Below are positions 27,458-38,948 of a DNA stretch of 64,000 nt, piece after piece; within the stretch, counting starts at the first letter, position 1, and each line of letters begins with the position of its first letter. This DNA comes from Octopus vulgaris (taxonomy: Eukaryota). The stretch lies in the NCBI GenBank assembly GCA_951406725.2, contig OX597820.1, positions 36,084,001 through 36,148,000 of the forward strand, in the 5' to 3' direction. The notes below the pieces were generated by a model. That model saw only the letters and a list, made by a program, of their open reading frames with translations, made no database searches and was not told the origin of the DNA. The position numbers and the translations under genes are program-made.

Positions 27458-28907
27458 TGTAGCAATATCGTCTCTCAGTGCTATCTTCACTGTTTGAGAA
27501 GAGTATATAGAATGACCTCGGTCGAGATTACAAACAGCTTTGGCTAGTTCAACATTGATGTAAACACTAATTCGATTGGCTGACACGTTGGTCTCTACTA
27601 CGCTCGCACCGCTGGTTATAACGTGGCGCAAAATGTCTCGACTTATTTTCGCGCCATAGTTCCAAGCAGCCAATCACAGCTTTCCATTTCGGAAGTTCAT
27701 TGGGAGCCATGTAAAGCCTATAAATAAGGTTTCTCAGAAGAATATTCGTCTTTGGTTTCCAGTCCTTCTCAGGGCGAACCTCTGACCACACAGAGCTCGT
27801 CTTAGGTTTCCAGTCCTTCTCAGGGCGAACCTCTGACCACACAGAGCTCGTCTTAGGTTTCCAGTCCTTCTCAGGGCGAACCTCTGACCACACACAGCTC
27901 GTCTTAGGTTTCCAGTCCTTCTCAGGGCGAACCTCTGACCACACAGAGCTCGTCTTAGGTTCCCAGTCCTTCTCAGGGCGAACCTCTGACCACACAGAGC
28001 TCGTCTTAGGTTTCCAGTCCTTCTCAGGGCGAACCTCTGACCACACACAGCTCGTCTTAGGTTTCCAGTCCTTCTCAGGGCGAACCTCTGACCACACACA
28101 GCTCGTCTTAGGCTTTTAGTTCTTTTAAGAACTAAGTCTCTGACCACACAGAATACTCGACCAAGTTCCAGTTTCGAGGCAGGCGACCACCATTAATACA
28201 AGATGTTACAGATACCTCTCATACTGTTAATGTGAAATATCACCATGAAGAAAACGGTTACAAGATATCTATAACTAGAGAAAAATAACCAAGCAGAAAA
28301 TAATGAAGAAGCAGCAAGAACCAATTGACAAACATCGAAGATTTAAATTGTACACGAGACAACTACAGATTCAACTATAGCGGTTAGGTGAAATTCTCGC
28401 CACGAAGAAAACGGCTACAGTAACATGTCTGGAAGTATATTCATATCAAGAGAAAGATAAACACAACGAGTGATTCAATTAATCTCAACTGCGACATGCA
28501 ATATCTTGATATGGGACTCTTATAGTGTACCTCATAAACGGTAAATCAATTATCTGTTCTTGGCTTCTAGTTTCTTCTAAGAACTACCTTAAGCCATCTG
28601 TTATTACCTGTTGCCAAGCCGATACCAACAACATTAACTGTGAATCAAATCCCATCGTCATTTTCACTGGTCAGTTACCTTTTTACGCCTAACGAACACA
28701 CAGACACAAAAACATGCAAACACTTACAAACTTCCAACATCAAACATGATTGTAAAATATGTAAAATAAATAATGTATATATCTTAAAAAGAAACCTTGT
28801 TGTCATTCCAAACTTACATGTATTACTTGGTCTAAAAAATTATTAAGAATGGGATCGCGTGCGACTGTTACTTATACGGTACGACCAAGCGAGATAATAT
28901 TTTTATA
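27458..28907 (+). repeat. LTR 2 (1450 bp), 7 units at 27746-28102
   Basis: Offsets between LTR starts are 1488 and 1641; the 153-bp difference equals 3 x 51. Confidence 0.85.
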
Positions 28908-29098
28908 CTGGTGACCCCTTTAATACGCAGGACTTCTGATATACTGCGCGGCCAACGGTAGACATAAGTTAAGGAATTGACACAAGGGAACGCTGAAGGA
29001 TGAACTTTTTAAGAAAAACAAAAAAAATAGATATATATATAATAATGTCAATTTTATCGCCGTTTTGTCGTAGACAAAACGTCTGGTGAGAGGCTATA

Positions 29099-30534
29099 TG
29101 TAGCAATATCGTCTCTCAGTGCTATCTTCACTGTTTGAGAAGAGTATATAGAATGACCTCGGTCGAGATTACAAACAGCTTTGGCTAGTTCAACATTGAT
29201 GTAAACACTAATTCGATTGGCTGACACGTTGGTCTCTACTACGCTCGCACCGCTGGTTATAACGTGGCGCAAAATGTCTCGACTTATTTTCGCGCCATAG
29301 TTCCAAGCAGCCAATCACAGCTTTCCATTTCGGAAGTTCATTGGGAGCCATGTAAAGCCTATAAATAAGGTTTCTCAGAAGAATATTCGTCTTTGGTTTC
29401 CAGTCCTTCTCAGGGCGAACCTCTGACCACACAGAGCTCGTCTTAGGTTTCCAGTCCTTCTCAGGGTGAACCTCTGACCACACAGAGCTCGTCTTAGGTT
29501 TCCAGTCCTTCTCAGGGCGAACCTCTGACCACACACAGCTCGTCTTAGGTTTCCAGTCCTTCTCAGGGCGAACCTCTGACCACACAGAGCTCGTCTTAGG
29601 TTTCCAGTCCTTCTCAGGGCGAACCTCTGACCACACAGAGCTCGTCTTAGGTTTCCAGTCCTTCTCAGGGCGAACCTCTGACCACACAGAGCTCGTCTTA
29701 GGTTTCCAGTCCTTCTCAGGGCTAAACCTCTGACCACACACAGCTCGTCTTAGGCTTTTAGTTCTTTTAAGAACTAAGTCTCTGACCACACAGAATACTC
29801 GACCAAGTTCCAGTTTCGAGGCAGGCGACCACCATTAATACAAGATGTTACAGATACCTCTCATACTGTTAATGTGAAATATCACCATGAAGAAAACGGT
29901 TACAAGATATCTATAACTAGAGAAAAATAACCAAGCAGAAAATAATGAAGAAGCAGCAAGAACCAATTGACAAACATCGAAGATTTAAATTGTACACGAG
30001 ACAACTACAGATTCAACTATAGCGGTTAGGTGAAATTCTCGCCACGAAGAAAACGGCTACAGTAACATGTCTGGAAGTATATTCATATCAAGAGAAAGAT
30101 AAACACAACGAGTGATTCAATTAATCTCAACTGCGACATGCAATATCTCGATATGGGACTCTTATAGTGTACCTCATAAACGGTAAATCAATTATCTGTT
30201 CTTGGCTTCTAGTTTCTTCTAAGAACTACCTTAAGCCATCTGTTATTACCTGTTGCCAAGCCGATACCAACAACATTAACTGTGAATCAAATCCCATCGT
30301 CATTTTCACTGGTCAGTTACCTTTTTACGCCTAACGAACACACAGACACAAAAACATGCAAACACTTACAAACTTCCAACATCAAACATGATTGTAAAAT
30401 ATGTAAAATAAATAATGTATATATCTTAAAAAGAAACCTTGTTGTCATTCCAAACTTATGTGTATTGCCGCTGCATGTAAAATATAGTCAGTAAAATATA
30501 TTATTAAGAATAGGATCACGTTCCTATTTTTATA
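29099..30534 (+). repeat. LTR 3 (1436 bp), 7 units at 29387-29744, divergent U5 tail from 30459
   Basis: Near-identical to LTR2 up to CCAAACTTA (30458), then a related but distinct tail ending TATTTTTATA followed by the ATAT TSD. Confidence 0.8.
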
Positions 30535-32756
30535 ATATAACAGTTTCGATTTTTTGGCACAAGACCAGAAATTTCAGGGGAGGGTGTGTAAGTCAATTAC
30601 ATTGACCCCAGTGTTTTGTCAACCCCAAAAGGATGAAAGGCAAAATCAACCTTGGTGGAATTTGAACTCAAAACGTAAAGACAGACAAAATGCCATTAAA
30701 CATTTTCCCTGGCATGCTAACAATTCTGCCAGCTCACCATCCTAAGGATGTTTTTAATAATATCATCATAGGCACAACTTTGCCTTTTGTCATTTCAAAG
30801 TCATCATCATCATCATCGTTTAATGTCTGCTATCCATGCTGGCATGAGTTGGACTGTTTGACTGAGGACTGGCAAGTCAGGAGGCTGCACCAGGCTCCTA
30901 TCTGATTTGGTATGGTTTCTACAGCTGGATGCCCTTCATAATGCCAACCACTCCAAGAGTGTAGTGGGTGCTTTTTATGTGCTATTGGCATGGAGGCCAG
31001 TCAGGTGGCACTGGCATCGACCATGTTCAAATTGTGCTTTTTTACATGCCACTGGCATGGAAGCCACTCAGGTGGCACTGGCATCGACCACACTCGAATG
31101 GTGTTAGATGCCACCTGCATGGGGGCCTGTCCGGCAGCACTGGCATCGACCACGCTTGAATGGTGCTTTTTATGTGCCACTAGCACAGGAGCCAGTCAGG
31201 TGGTACTGGCATTGACCAAAATAAAATACCAGTCGGACACTGGGGTAGATGTAACCAACTTATTCCTTCCCAAAACTTGCTAGCCTTGTACCAAAATTTG
31301 AAAGCATTATTATCATACAATGATATATTTAAACTAGTGTCTTCATTTTGGTTGTTTTTATCTCACTTTGGCCGTTGTACTCTCCAGCATTCTTCAGGTG
31401 CCTGTCATATTTAGTCACATTCTCAGTATTTGTGGATAAATCTTTTACTAAATTCACAGGAGTAGATTGTTGTTATTCTATTGTCTATACCAAGGATATT
31501 CCCCTGTTAGTTATTCTCTTACTTATAATGTTTCTTTTTATCTTAGACTGTGGCCATGCTGGAGCACCACCTTAGGTGGTTTTTTGTATTGAATAAATTG
31601 ACCCCAATACTTTTTTTTTAAACCTTGTATTTATTCTGTTGGTCTTTTGTCAAACCACTAAGTTACAGGGACGTAAGCATACCAGCACCGGTTGTCAAGT
31701 GGTGGTGTGGAATAAACAAACACATGACAGGCTTCTTTCAGTTTCCATCTACCAAATCCACTCACAAAGTTTTGGTCAGCTCAAGGTTATAGTAGAAAAT
31801 ACTTACCCAAGGTGCCATGCAGTGGGACTGAACCCGAAACTGTGTGATTGGGAAGCAAACCTCTTAACCACACAGCCATGCTTGTTTGCACATTTTGCTC
31901 AAACCAAGGTACATGTTGTTTGACTGGCTTAAGAATGGAACCCACATCCACTTGCTAAACTATTTCACTTAATACCTGACATTAAACTCTTTTGATACCA
32001 GCCCTCCCCAGGTAACCCATGTTACTATGATACAAAACATCCAATTTTAAAGTTTTTATATGTGAATTAGACTCTTCTATCATAGTTATTTGTAAGAATT
32101 TTTTTTTAAGCTACATTTCAAACACCTTATTAATGATAAAGGCCAGTTATTTTACTTAAACCCTCCAAATTCTTAATTAGTTTCAAAATTAATTGAAATA
32201 CAGACAGTGAATTTCATTTGAAATATAACAATGAAAGGGTCAATTAATGCTTGTGTTTACTATCCTACTGTCTTGCATGTTAGCATATAGCAACACAGTT
32301 GTAGCTGTATTGAATTCCTAATCATGGGACCAATAGTTATCTAGCCTTTACTGTTATTGTCTCTGTTGACTGTCTGAACACTTTTGATACCATATTTCAA
32401 TTGAAACACTTCTGCTATTTCAGTTAATTTACAAAAAAAAACAAAAAAACCTAAGACTTTAGTAAGACAACTTAGTTATTATTAAGCTGGTGCATGAAAG
32501 ATAAATTTACATGAAATTTTGATGGGATGTTTTAATGCAGATCATTTTAAACAGGATATTTTATCAGAGAATCAGGAGTGGTCACAGGCAGGATGATACA
32601 AGTAATGAAGAATTTAGTAAATCTAACTTTATTATTATTATTATTAAGCTGATGTATGGAACATAAATTAACATAGAGTTTTGATGGAAATGTTTTAATT
32701 TACATTTTGTATTTGTTTTGAAAGATTCTTGATCTGAAAACGTGTGTTGAAACAGT

Positions 32757-33090
32757 TATTGTTATACTTGGAGATGGTCATATTTTGCCAATTAAATACA
32801 GTACTATATATTGGTCTTTACTTCAGCTTTATTATTATTATTTTTGTTTCTTTGTCAAAGCTCTTTCATCACACATCCTGTGACCTCTTTAGCTCCTTAT
32901 CTTACAGAAAAACAAAATGGACTAAGCAAAACAAAAGGGGACACATGAGATAGTCATTGAAGAGCTCACAAGATGTATGATGAAAGAGCTGTGACAAAGA
33001 AACAAAAATAATAATAATAAAGCTGAAGTAAAGACCAAACATATAGTATGTTTCATTGGCAAAATACAACCATCCTTCAGTATAACAATA
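32757..33090. mobile_element. Long inverted repeat / MITE-like foldback (~130-bp arms, ~70-bp spacer)
   Basis: TATTGTTATACT...TTGGTCTTTACTTCAGCTTTATTATTATTATTTTTGTTTCTTTGTCA is mirrored by TGACAAAGAAACAAAAATAATAATAATAAAGCTGAAGTAAAGACCAA...AGTATAACAATA. Confidence 0.85.
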
Positions 33091-33250
33091 TGGTTTTAAT
33101 CCAGACCACTTTAAACAGGAAGTTTATACCAGAAAACCAGGGCTGGTGTCAGGCAGGTTGATATCAAAAGGGTTAAATATGTATTATTACCATAATCAAG
33201 AAAGTATAATGGATGCTTGTGGTTCTGATTTTTCTCTTTCTATTTTCCAG

Positions 33251-33325
33251 GTTAGTTGGATTGGCTTTTGTTGCCGCTGTTGGCATATGTCTTGTTGTGC
33301 TGGGATGTGCCCTCCCCACCTTCAA
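33251..33325 (+). CDS. LEPROT: LEPROT coding exon 2 (LVGLAFVAAVGICLVVLGCALPTF)
   Basis: Polypyrimidine tract plus TTCCAG acceptor; AA|GTATGT donor; LGCAL Vps55 motif. 75 nt, 1 nt short of the frame set by exon 1. Confidence 0.85.
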
Positions 33326-34940
33326 GTATGTAACTATAATTTTTTTTTATTATCTATTTATATATATGTTTTGATAACAGGAATTAAAAAGTCTCCTTGA
33401 CCTCCTTTTGTTTTATGCTCACAAAGTGAAAGTGAAAATTTTTTTGTAAGCAGCCATTGAAATTTTGAAAAAAATATTTTTAGAATCATAATCTCCATAT
33501 TTTTAGACATAGGATCCCAACTCTCAATATATATTTGCAAAAAAAAAAAACAGTTAGTAAAATATGGGGGTAGGTTTAAAAATTTGAACAACTGGGTTTT
33601 GTTTTTATTCTTTTGTTTCATTTATTAGATGTGGCCATGCAGGAATACCACCTTGAAGAATTAACTTGATGAAATTGACCCTTGTACTTTTTAAAATTAT
33701 CTTAATGTTTAGTATTTATTCTACCAACTTCTTTTGGTAAACCATTAAGTTATGAGGACAAAACCAAACACCGATTGACAAGCTTTGTGGGGACAAACAT
33801 AAAGACATACCTCCAAGGAGAAATAAACAGCAATTAGCATATTGGCATTCATATCTACTGGCACATATTAAGAATGAATGTGCACATCATCGTTCTGATT
33901 CTCATTCTTTTATGTCCTCATATCATTGTTATTACCAGCATCATTTCCTCTGCTGGCGTGGATTGAATAGTTTGACAGGAGCTGTCGCGGCTCCAGTTGT
34001 CTGTTTTGGTATAATTTCTACAGTTGGATGCCCTTCCTAATGCCAACAACTTCACAGAGTGAGCTGGATGCTTCTATGTGGCACTAGCACGAGTGTATTG
34101 CACATGGCACTAGTATGATACATTTTGCATCACACCATAAGTACATTTCATGTCACCAGTGCATTTTACATCACACAAACACAAGTGCATTTTATGTGGG
34201 ACCAATACATGCATTTTACGTAGCACCAGCACAAATGCATTTTACATGGCACCAGCACAAGTGCATTTTATGTGGCACTGGCACCTGCAAGACAAAGACC
34301 TCTCAGGTGGGAGAGGAAGTGAGAGCATGGCCATAAAGGACATGCCTGTATGTATGAACAGCTGTGATTTTACTTAGCTTGATGTATCTTCTCAAATTCA
34401 GCAAATCACCAGAGGTCTCAGTCCCTTGTCATCTCATAATAAATATTGACTTGACAGGCATCAGCAAATAATTTTGTATGCTGAATACTGTAAACAGGAT
34501 TGACTGTTTCTGTTTAGATAAGAGGTGCAGGAATAGCTTTGACTAAGAAACACAATGTTTCAAATACTGGTATCTCAAAGTCCCTTTACTTCGCTGAATC
34601 AAGTGTTTTGTCAATACATGTTGTATAAAGGGAGAAGTGACAAGTTGTTTTCTGAAGGGTTGGTTAAACAGTGATTGGCATTGTTATATTTAAATCTACT
34701 GGAATATATTAAGAGTAAAATATGTATATCATTCTTTTGATTCTTGCTATTTTACATATCATCTGTGTGTGTATATATATGTATATATATATATATATAT
34801 ATAAAAGAGATAATGGTGTCATTGAGACCCAAAAGTGTCAGGTAATGCTGAATAAGTGCTATAGACAGACCATAATTAAGTTCCAGATTCGGTAATATTG
34901 CGAATAAAGGGTTCAACGTTGGTTCTATGTCAGCGTGTGT

Positions 34941-35136
34941 ATATAAGAATTTTTTTATGTAATAAGATAAAAAACCAAGGCTGTATAGATATTAGAACAT
35001 TTATAGATAGAAGGTCTTACAGCTGTTTCTAGGATATTAATTAATATCCTAGAAACAGCTGTAAGACTTATCTATAAATGCTCTAATATCTATACAGCCT
35101 TGGTTTTTTATCTTATTACACAAAAAATTCTTATAT
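34941..35136. repeat. Near-perfect ~196-bp palindrome
   Basis: Centred on AGGATATTAA|TTAATATCCT (35040/35041); arms match apart from a few substitutions and one small indel. Confidence 0.9.
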
Positions 35137-36078
35137 ATATCATCATCATCGTTTAACGTCTGCTTTCCATGCTAGCATGGGCTGAACGGTTTGACATGGA
35201 GCTGCCTAGCAGGGATCTGACCAGACTCCAACTGTCTGTTGTGGCATGGTTTGTTTCGATGGCTGGATGCCCTTCCTGACATACATGCATACTCACGCAT
35301 CCTTGTGACAGGTTTCCACACAGTTTCCATCTACCAAATTCATTCACTAGACATTGGTCAATCCAGGAGGCTATAGTAGAAGGCACTTGCCCAAGGTGCT
35401 GTACAGTGGTACTGAACTCAAGACCACATGGTTGCAAAGCAAACTTCTTAACCACACAGTTATACTTGAAAAAGAAGAAAGAAAGAGGTGGTGTGCCTAT
35501 TTGACACATCTGACTAGACATGGTTGAAATAGTATTATTTCCACTTTCATTTTGTGATCACAACCCGGAAGAATATCTCTACGTTGCTCTTATGACGTGG
35601 ACGTGTGTGTGTTAGTGTTAATGTACAATCTGAATCAGCGGTAATACTTTAAAGGGGAGTAACTCTCTAGAAGGATTGTAACTCATTATTATTTACTGTT
35701 CATGTTCTCTGCTGGCATGGCTTGATCGTTTGACGGAACGCAATGTGCCCCAGACTGCATTGGCATGGTTTTTGTATGTCCTGATACCCCTTTCTAATGC
35801 CAACCACTTAACAGCATGTGCTGTGCCTTTGTTCGTTACACTAGCATTAGTGATGTCTCTATGCAGCGTGCAAGATTTTGGGGCTGTAGTAGAGAGGGAG
35901 ATGGTAATATACTGAGGATATAAGGGATATTAGTATGAGTGTCAGAGAGTAAGTAGGTGATGGACCCTTATTCTAGACTGGGTTTCCTCGATTTGCACAG
36001 ACGTTCCTCCAATAGTCCATGTCCACCATTGTCGACTTCAACTTGGGAACTAATAAGCTGTTGTCGACTGCTGCTGTG

Positions 36079-36229
36079 GTCATGCATTTGGTTCCCAGAG
36101 TAGCAAATCCCAGATGCATTCATTCTTGGCCCAGTAGCCATGCCCAGCTTCTGCAGTCATGCATTTGGTTCCCAGAGTAACACATCCCTGATGCATTCAT
36201 TTCTGGCCAGGTGGTAGCCATGCCCAGCT
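36079..36229. repeat. Two-copy ~77-bp tandem repeat
   Basis: GTCATGCATTTGGTTCCCAGAGTA...GTAGCCATGCCCAGCT at 36079 and 36156. Confidence 0.8.
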
Positions 36230-36565
36230 AAATAGAGTCTTCTGGCTCTGAGCCTCTCTGGGAGAATGTCCCTGTAGATGTCTTTATTGGTTACCTTCTG
36301 TTGCATGTCGGAGTAAGTGGGTGTAGCATCCATCCAGTCATTCCTGCAACATTTGATGGGCTAAGTCCTAAATATTGACTAAATGTTTTAAACGCAGTCA
36401 CCTGTTACCAACAGAATAAAATATATGAAAATAGATGTGAAATATCGCTGAAATAAAAGCAAGAGGTGAGTCAAGGATAGAATGTTTGTTGAAGTGAAAT
36501 ATAGATTTTGATAATTCTAGTTTGTCAAAAACAACTAAACTGTAAATTTTCTTTTCTTTCTATAG

Positions 36566-36752
36566 CAACTGGTGGCCCATGTTTGTTCTGATATTCTACT
36601 TCCTGTCGCCACTTCCCACAGTAATCTCACGACGTAACTCACAGAGTTTTGACTCCAGCAGCAATGCCTGTGCTGAACTGTCCATCTTTCTGACCACAGG
36701 CATTATTATATCTGCCATAGGGCTCCCTCTCGTATTAGCACATGTGGCTGTG
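36566..36752 (+). CDS. LEPROT: LEPROT coding exon 3 ([18 protein letters not shown]...[11 protein letters not shown])
   Basis: TATAG acceptor and GTG|GTAAGT donor, 187 nt. WP-x-FV, SP-x-P, NAC-x-EL-x-IFLTTG and GLP motifs of Vps55/endospanin; in frame with exon 2. Confidence 0.93.
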
Positions 36753-38831
36753 GTAAGTTAGCCAACTTCAATAATCTTTGCCAGTTTTTATCATTATCTA
36801 GGGAATGCAAGTATTTTGAAAAGGCATAGCTTGCGTTCAGCCACCCTGCCAGAGATATGGCAAAGTCATAGGACTACAGCATGGCGGATTGTTAAGAGGT
36901 AACAGAAAAGTTCAACTGAGCCAACACTACCTCTTACAAGAATCAAATGTTTCAAAAAAATATACAATTTTCAGAATAACTGTGGAATTTCCATGGGCAC
37001 TGCTAGTTACTACTACTGCTACTACTACTACTATGAGCTGGTGGCAAGATCATTAACATGCTAGACAAAATGCATAACAGCATGGCTCCCAGCTCTTAAC
37101 TTTCTGAGTTCAAGTACTACCTAGGTTGACTTTGCTTTTCATTCTTTTTGCTGTCACTAAAATAAAGTACCAGTCAATCACTAGGGTTGATGTAATTGAA
37201 TTCCTTCTCCCTTCCACATTGCTGGCCTTGTTCTAGAATTAGAAAGATTTATTATGACTATGGATTAGCAGAATCATTAGAGTATCAGAGAAAGATTTTG
37301 CAGTATTTCTTCTAGCTCTGAGTTTCAAATTCCACATAGGTTTGCTTTGCCTTTCATCTCTCTTTGGTCAGTAAAATAGAGTACGAGCCGAGCACTGTCA
37401 TTCGATATAATCAACTATTCCCCTCACCTAAATTTCAGACTTTAGCTCTATGTTAGAAACAGTTATTATTATCACTCTTAAAGTGACAGTTTAGTAGAAT
37501 CAGTAAAACAAGTTATTATGTATACCTCCTTATTTTGTGAGATCAAAGTCCACCTAGGTTGACTTTGCCTGTCATTCTTCCAGTGGCTAATAAAATAAAT
37601 AAAATCTGTCAAATACTAGGTCATCTTAAAAATTCTCTCCCTGTTATGTGAAAGATCATTATTAGTAGCTGTACTGTTGAATCATTGAGGCATATTTAAA
37701 TTGACTTGTTTTTGTCCCCTTTTTTTATGGTGGACTCTAGAAAAAGGGGCTATGTCCATGGCTTTTTACATGTATCTGAGACTGGTAACATTGATGTATA
37801 AAATGTTCTGGAACAAATACGAGTTGATGACTACAGGAAAACATGAACAGGGAGGGAATACCAAGGAGAAATGTTTTGGACCAGAAAGACTGGATGTAGT
37901 GGTTTGTGAGGCATTTGGGATTGATGAAGGGTAGGACACTAAGGGTCTCAAGAAGAGGAGAGATTAGTGAATTGGTGTACCCAAACGAAAGTGACATGTT
38001 ATCAGCCAGCTCTGAGGAGCAGAAGGGGGAAGTGACCACACTCCAGCCTTTGAACCTGAGGTCAGAGTGTATTGTGACTAACCTTTTGATAATCATTTGG
38101 ATGGCTTCATTTTGGTACTGCCTAAGATGTATTAACAGCACCATCCCTGATGTGCAGACAGTATTGAGTATTGCATAGGGTTAATACTTTTGTTATTGTC
38201 TTGGCAATGTGCTGGGTCACTTTGATGCAAAGGTTAAAGCATAGTTGTCTGCATTATGAAATACATGGTTCTTGTCCTATGGACAGTTTTGCACTTTTCC
38301 TTTTAGGCAATGAATTGCCAAGTTGGTAGAGCATCAAATAAATTGCCTTGTGGTATTCATCCTGGTTCTCTGCACACTGATTTCAAATCATGCTGAAATC
38401 AACTTTACCTTTTATCCTTTCAAGGTGGATGAATAAAGACTCAGTCATTTACTAGAATTTATTATCCCCCGCACCACCACCACCACTTCATTCTCTCCCT
38501 CTCAGAAATCATCAGCTGTAGTCAAATTTGGAGAGAAGTAGGTGCTCTGCCAGGCTAAAAATGCTCATGACATGCTGTATGTCATCATGGCACTCCTATG
38601 ACTCTAACAGGAGTTGAGGATCCAAGGTGAGGTAAAGGAAGTTTTGACAATACTGTCCATTAATTCCCCTTTTGGGCTTTCTGTTTTCTACATTAAGACA
38701 CATGATCTAAAGACAGTCTTTTATTCTTTTGCAACTAAAGACAATATAAGTTAAAGGTTATGAATTACTTTACATTATATTGTTTAGTATAACTTGATAT
38801 GTAAACTATTTGTTTTTTCTCTGTGTTTCAG

Positions 38832-38948
38832 ATCAAATGGGGTGCATGTGCACTGGTATTGGCTGGGAACATAATTGTCTTCATCACAATACTTGGTTAT
38901 TTCATTGTGTTTTCCAGTGACGAGTTTGACTACAACATGTGGTGTTAG
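38832..38948 (+). CDS. LEPROT: LEPROT coding exon 4 (IKWGACALVLAGNIIVFITILGYFIVFSSDEFDYNMWC*)
   Basis: TTTCAG acceptor, phase 0, 117 nt to TAG. Matches the endospanin C-terminus IxWGACxLVLxGN. Confidence 0.93.
   Translation: MKWGACALVLAGNIIVFITILGYFIVFSSDEFDYNMWC

Larger units (their letters stand above)
25970..30534 (+). mobile_element. Non-autonomous LTR retroelement in tandem form (LTR-int-LTR-int-LTR)
   Basis: Three near-identical LTRs start TGTAGCAATATCG at 25970, 27458 and 29099 and each ends TATTTTTATA. Two identical 191-bp internal segments begin CTGGTGACCCC. ATAT is duplicated at 25966-25969 and 30535-30538. Confidence 0.85.

Noticed and set aside
26061-29789. Minus-strand ORFs with 17-aa repeats (WSEVRPEKDWKPKTSSV / CGQRFALRRTGNLRRAL)
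   Set aside because: By-product of a 51-nt unit (a multiple of 3) that lacks stops in two frames. Non-ATG starts, antisense to the LTR promoter, no recognisable domain.
26258-29793. 51-nt arrays as CRISPR arrays
   Set aside because: Units are contiguous with no unique spacers, there are no cas genes, and the context is a eukaryotic LTR.
35553-36350. Minus-strand solo LTR around the 77-bp tandem repeat (ends TGCAACA)
   Set aside because: Only one plausible terminus and no TSD could be identified.
37700-38170. ORFs at 37737-38144 and 47951-48493 as host genes
   Set aside because: They look like very decayed LINE RT remnants (for example ADNMSL, cf. ADDTTL), with no consistent splice or frame structure.
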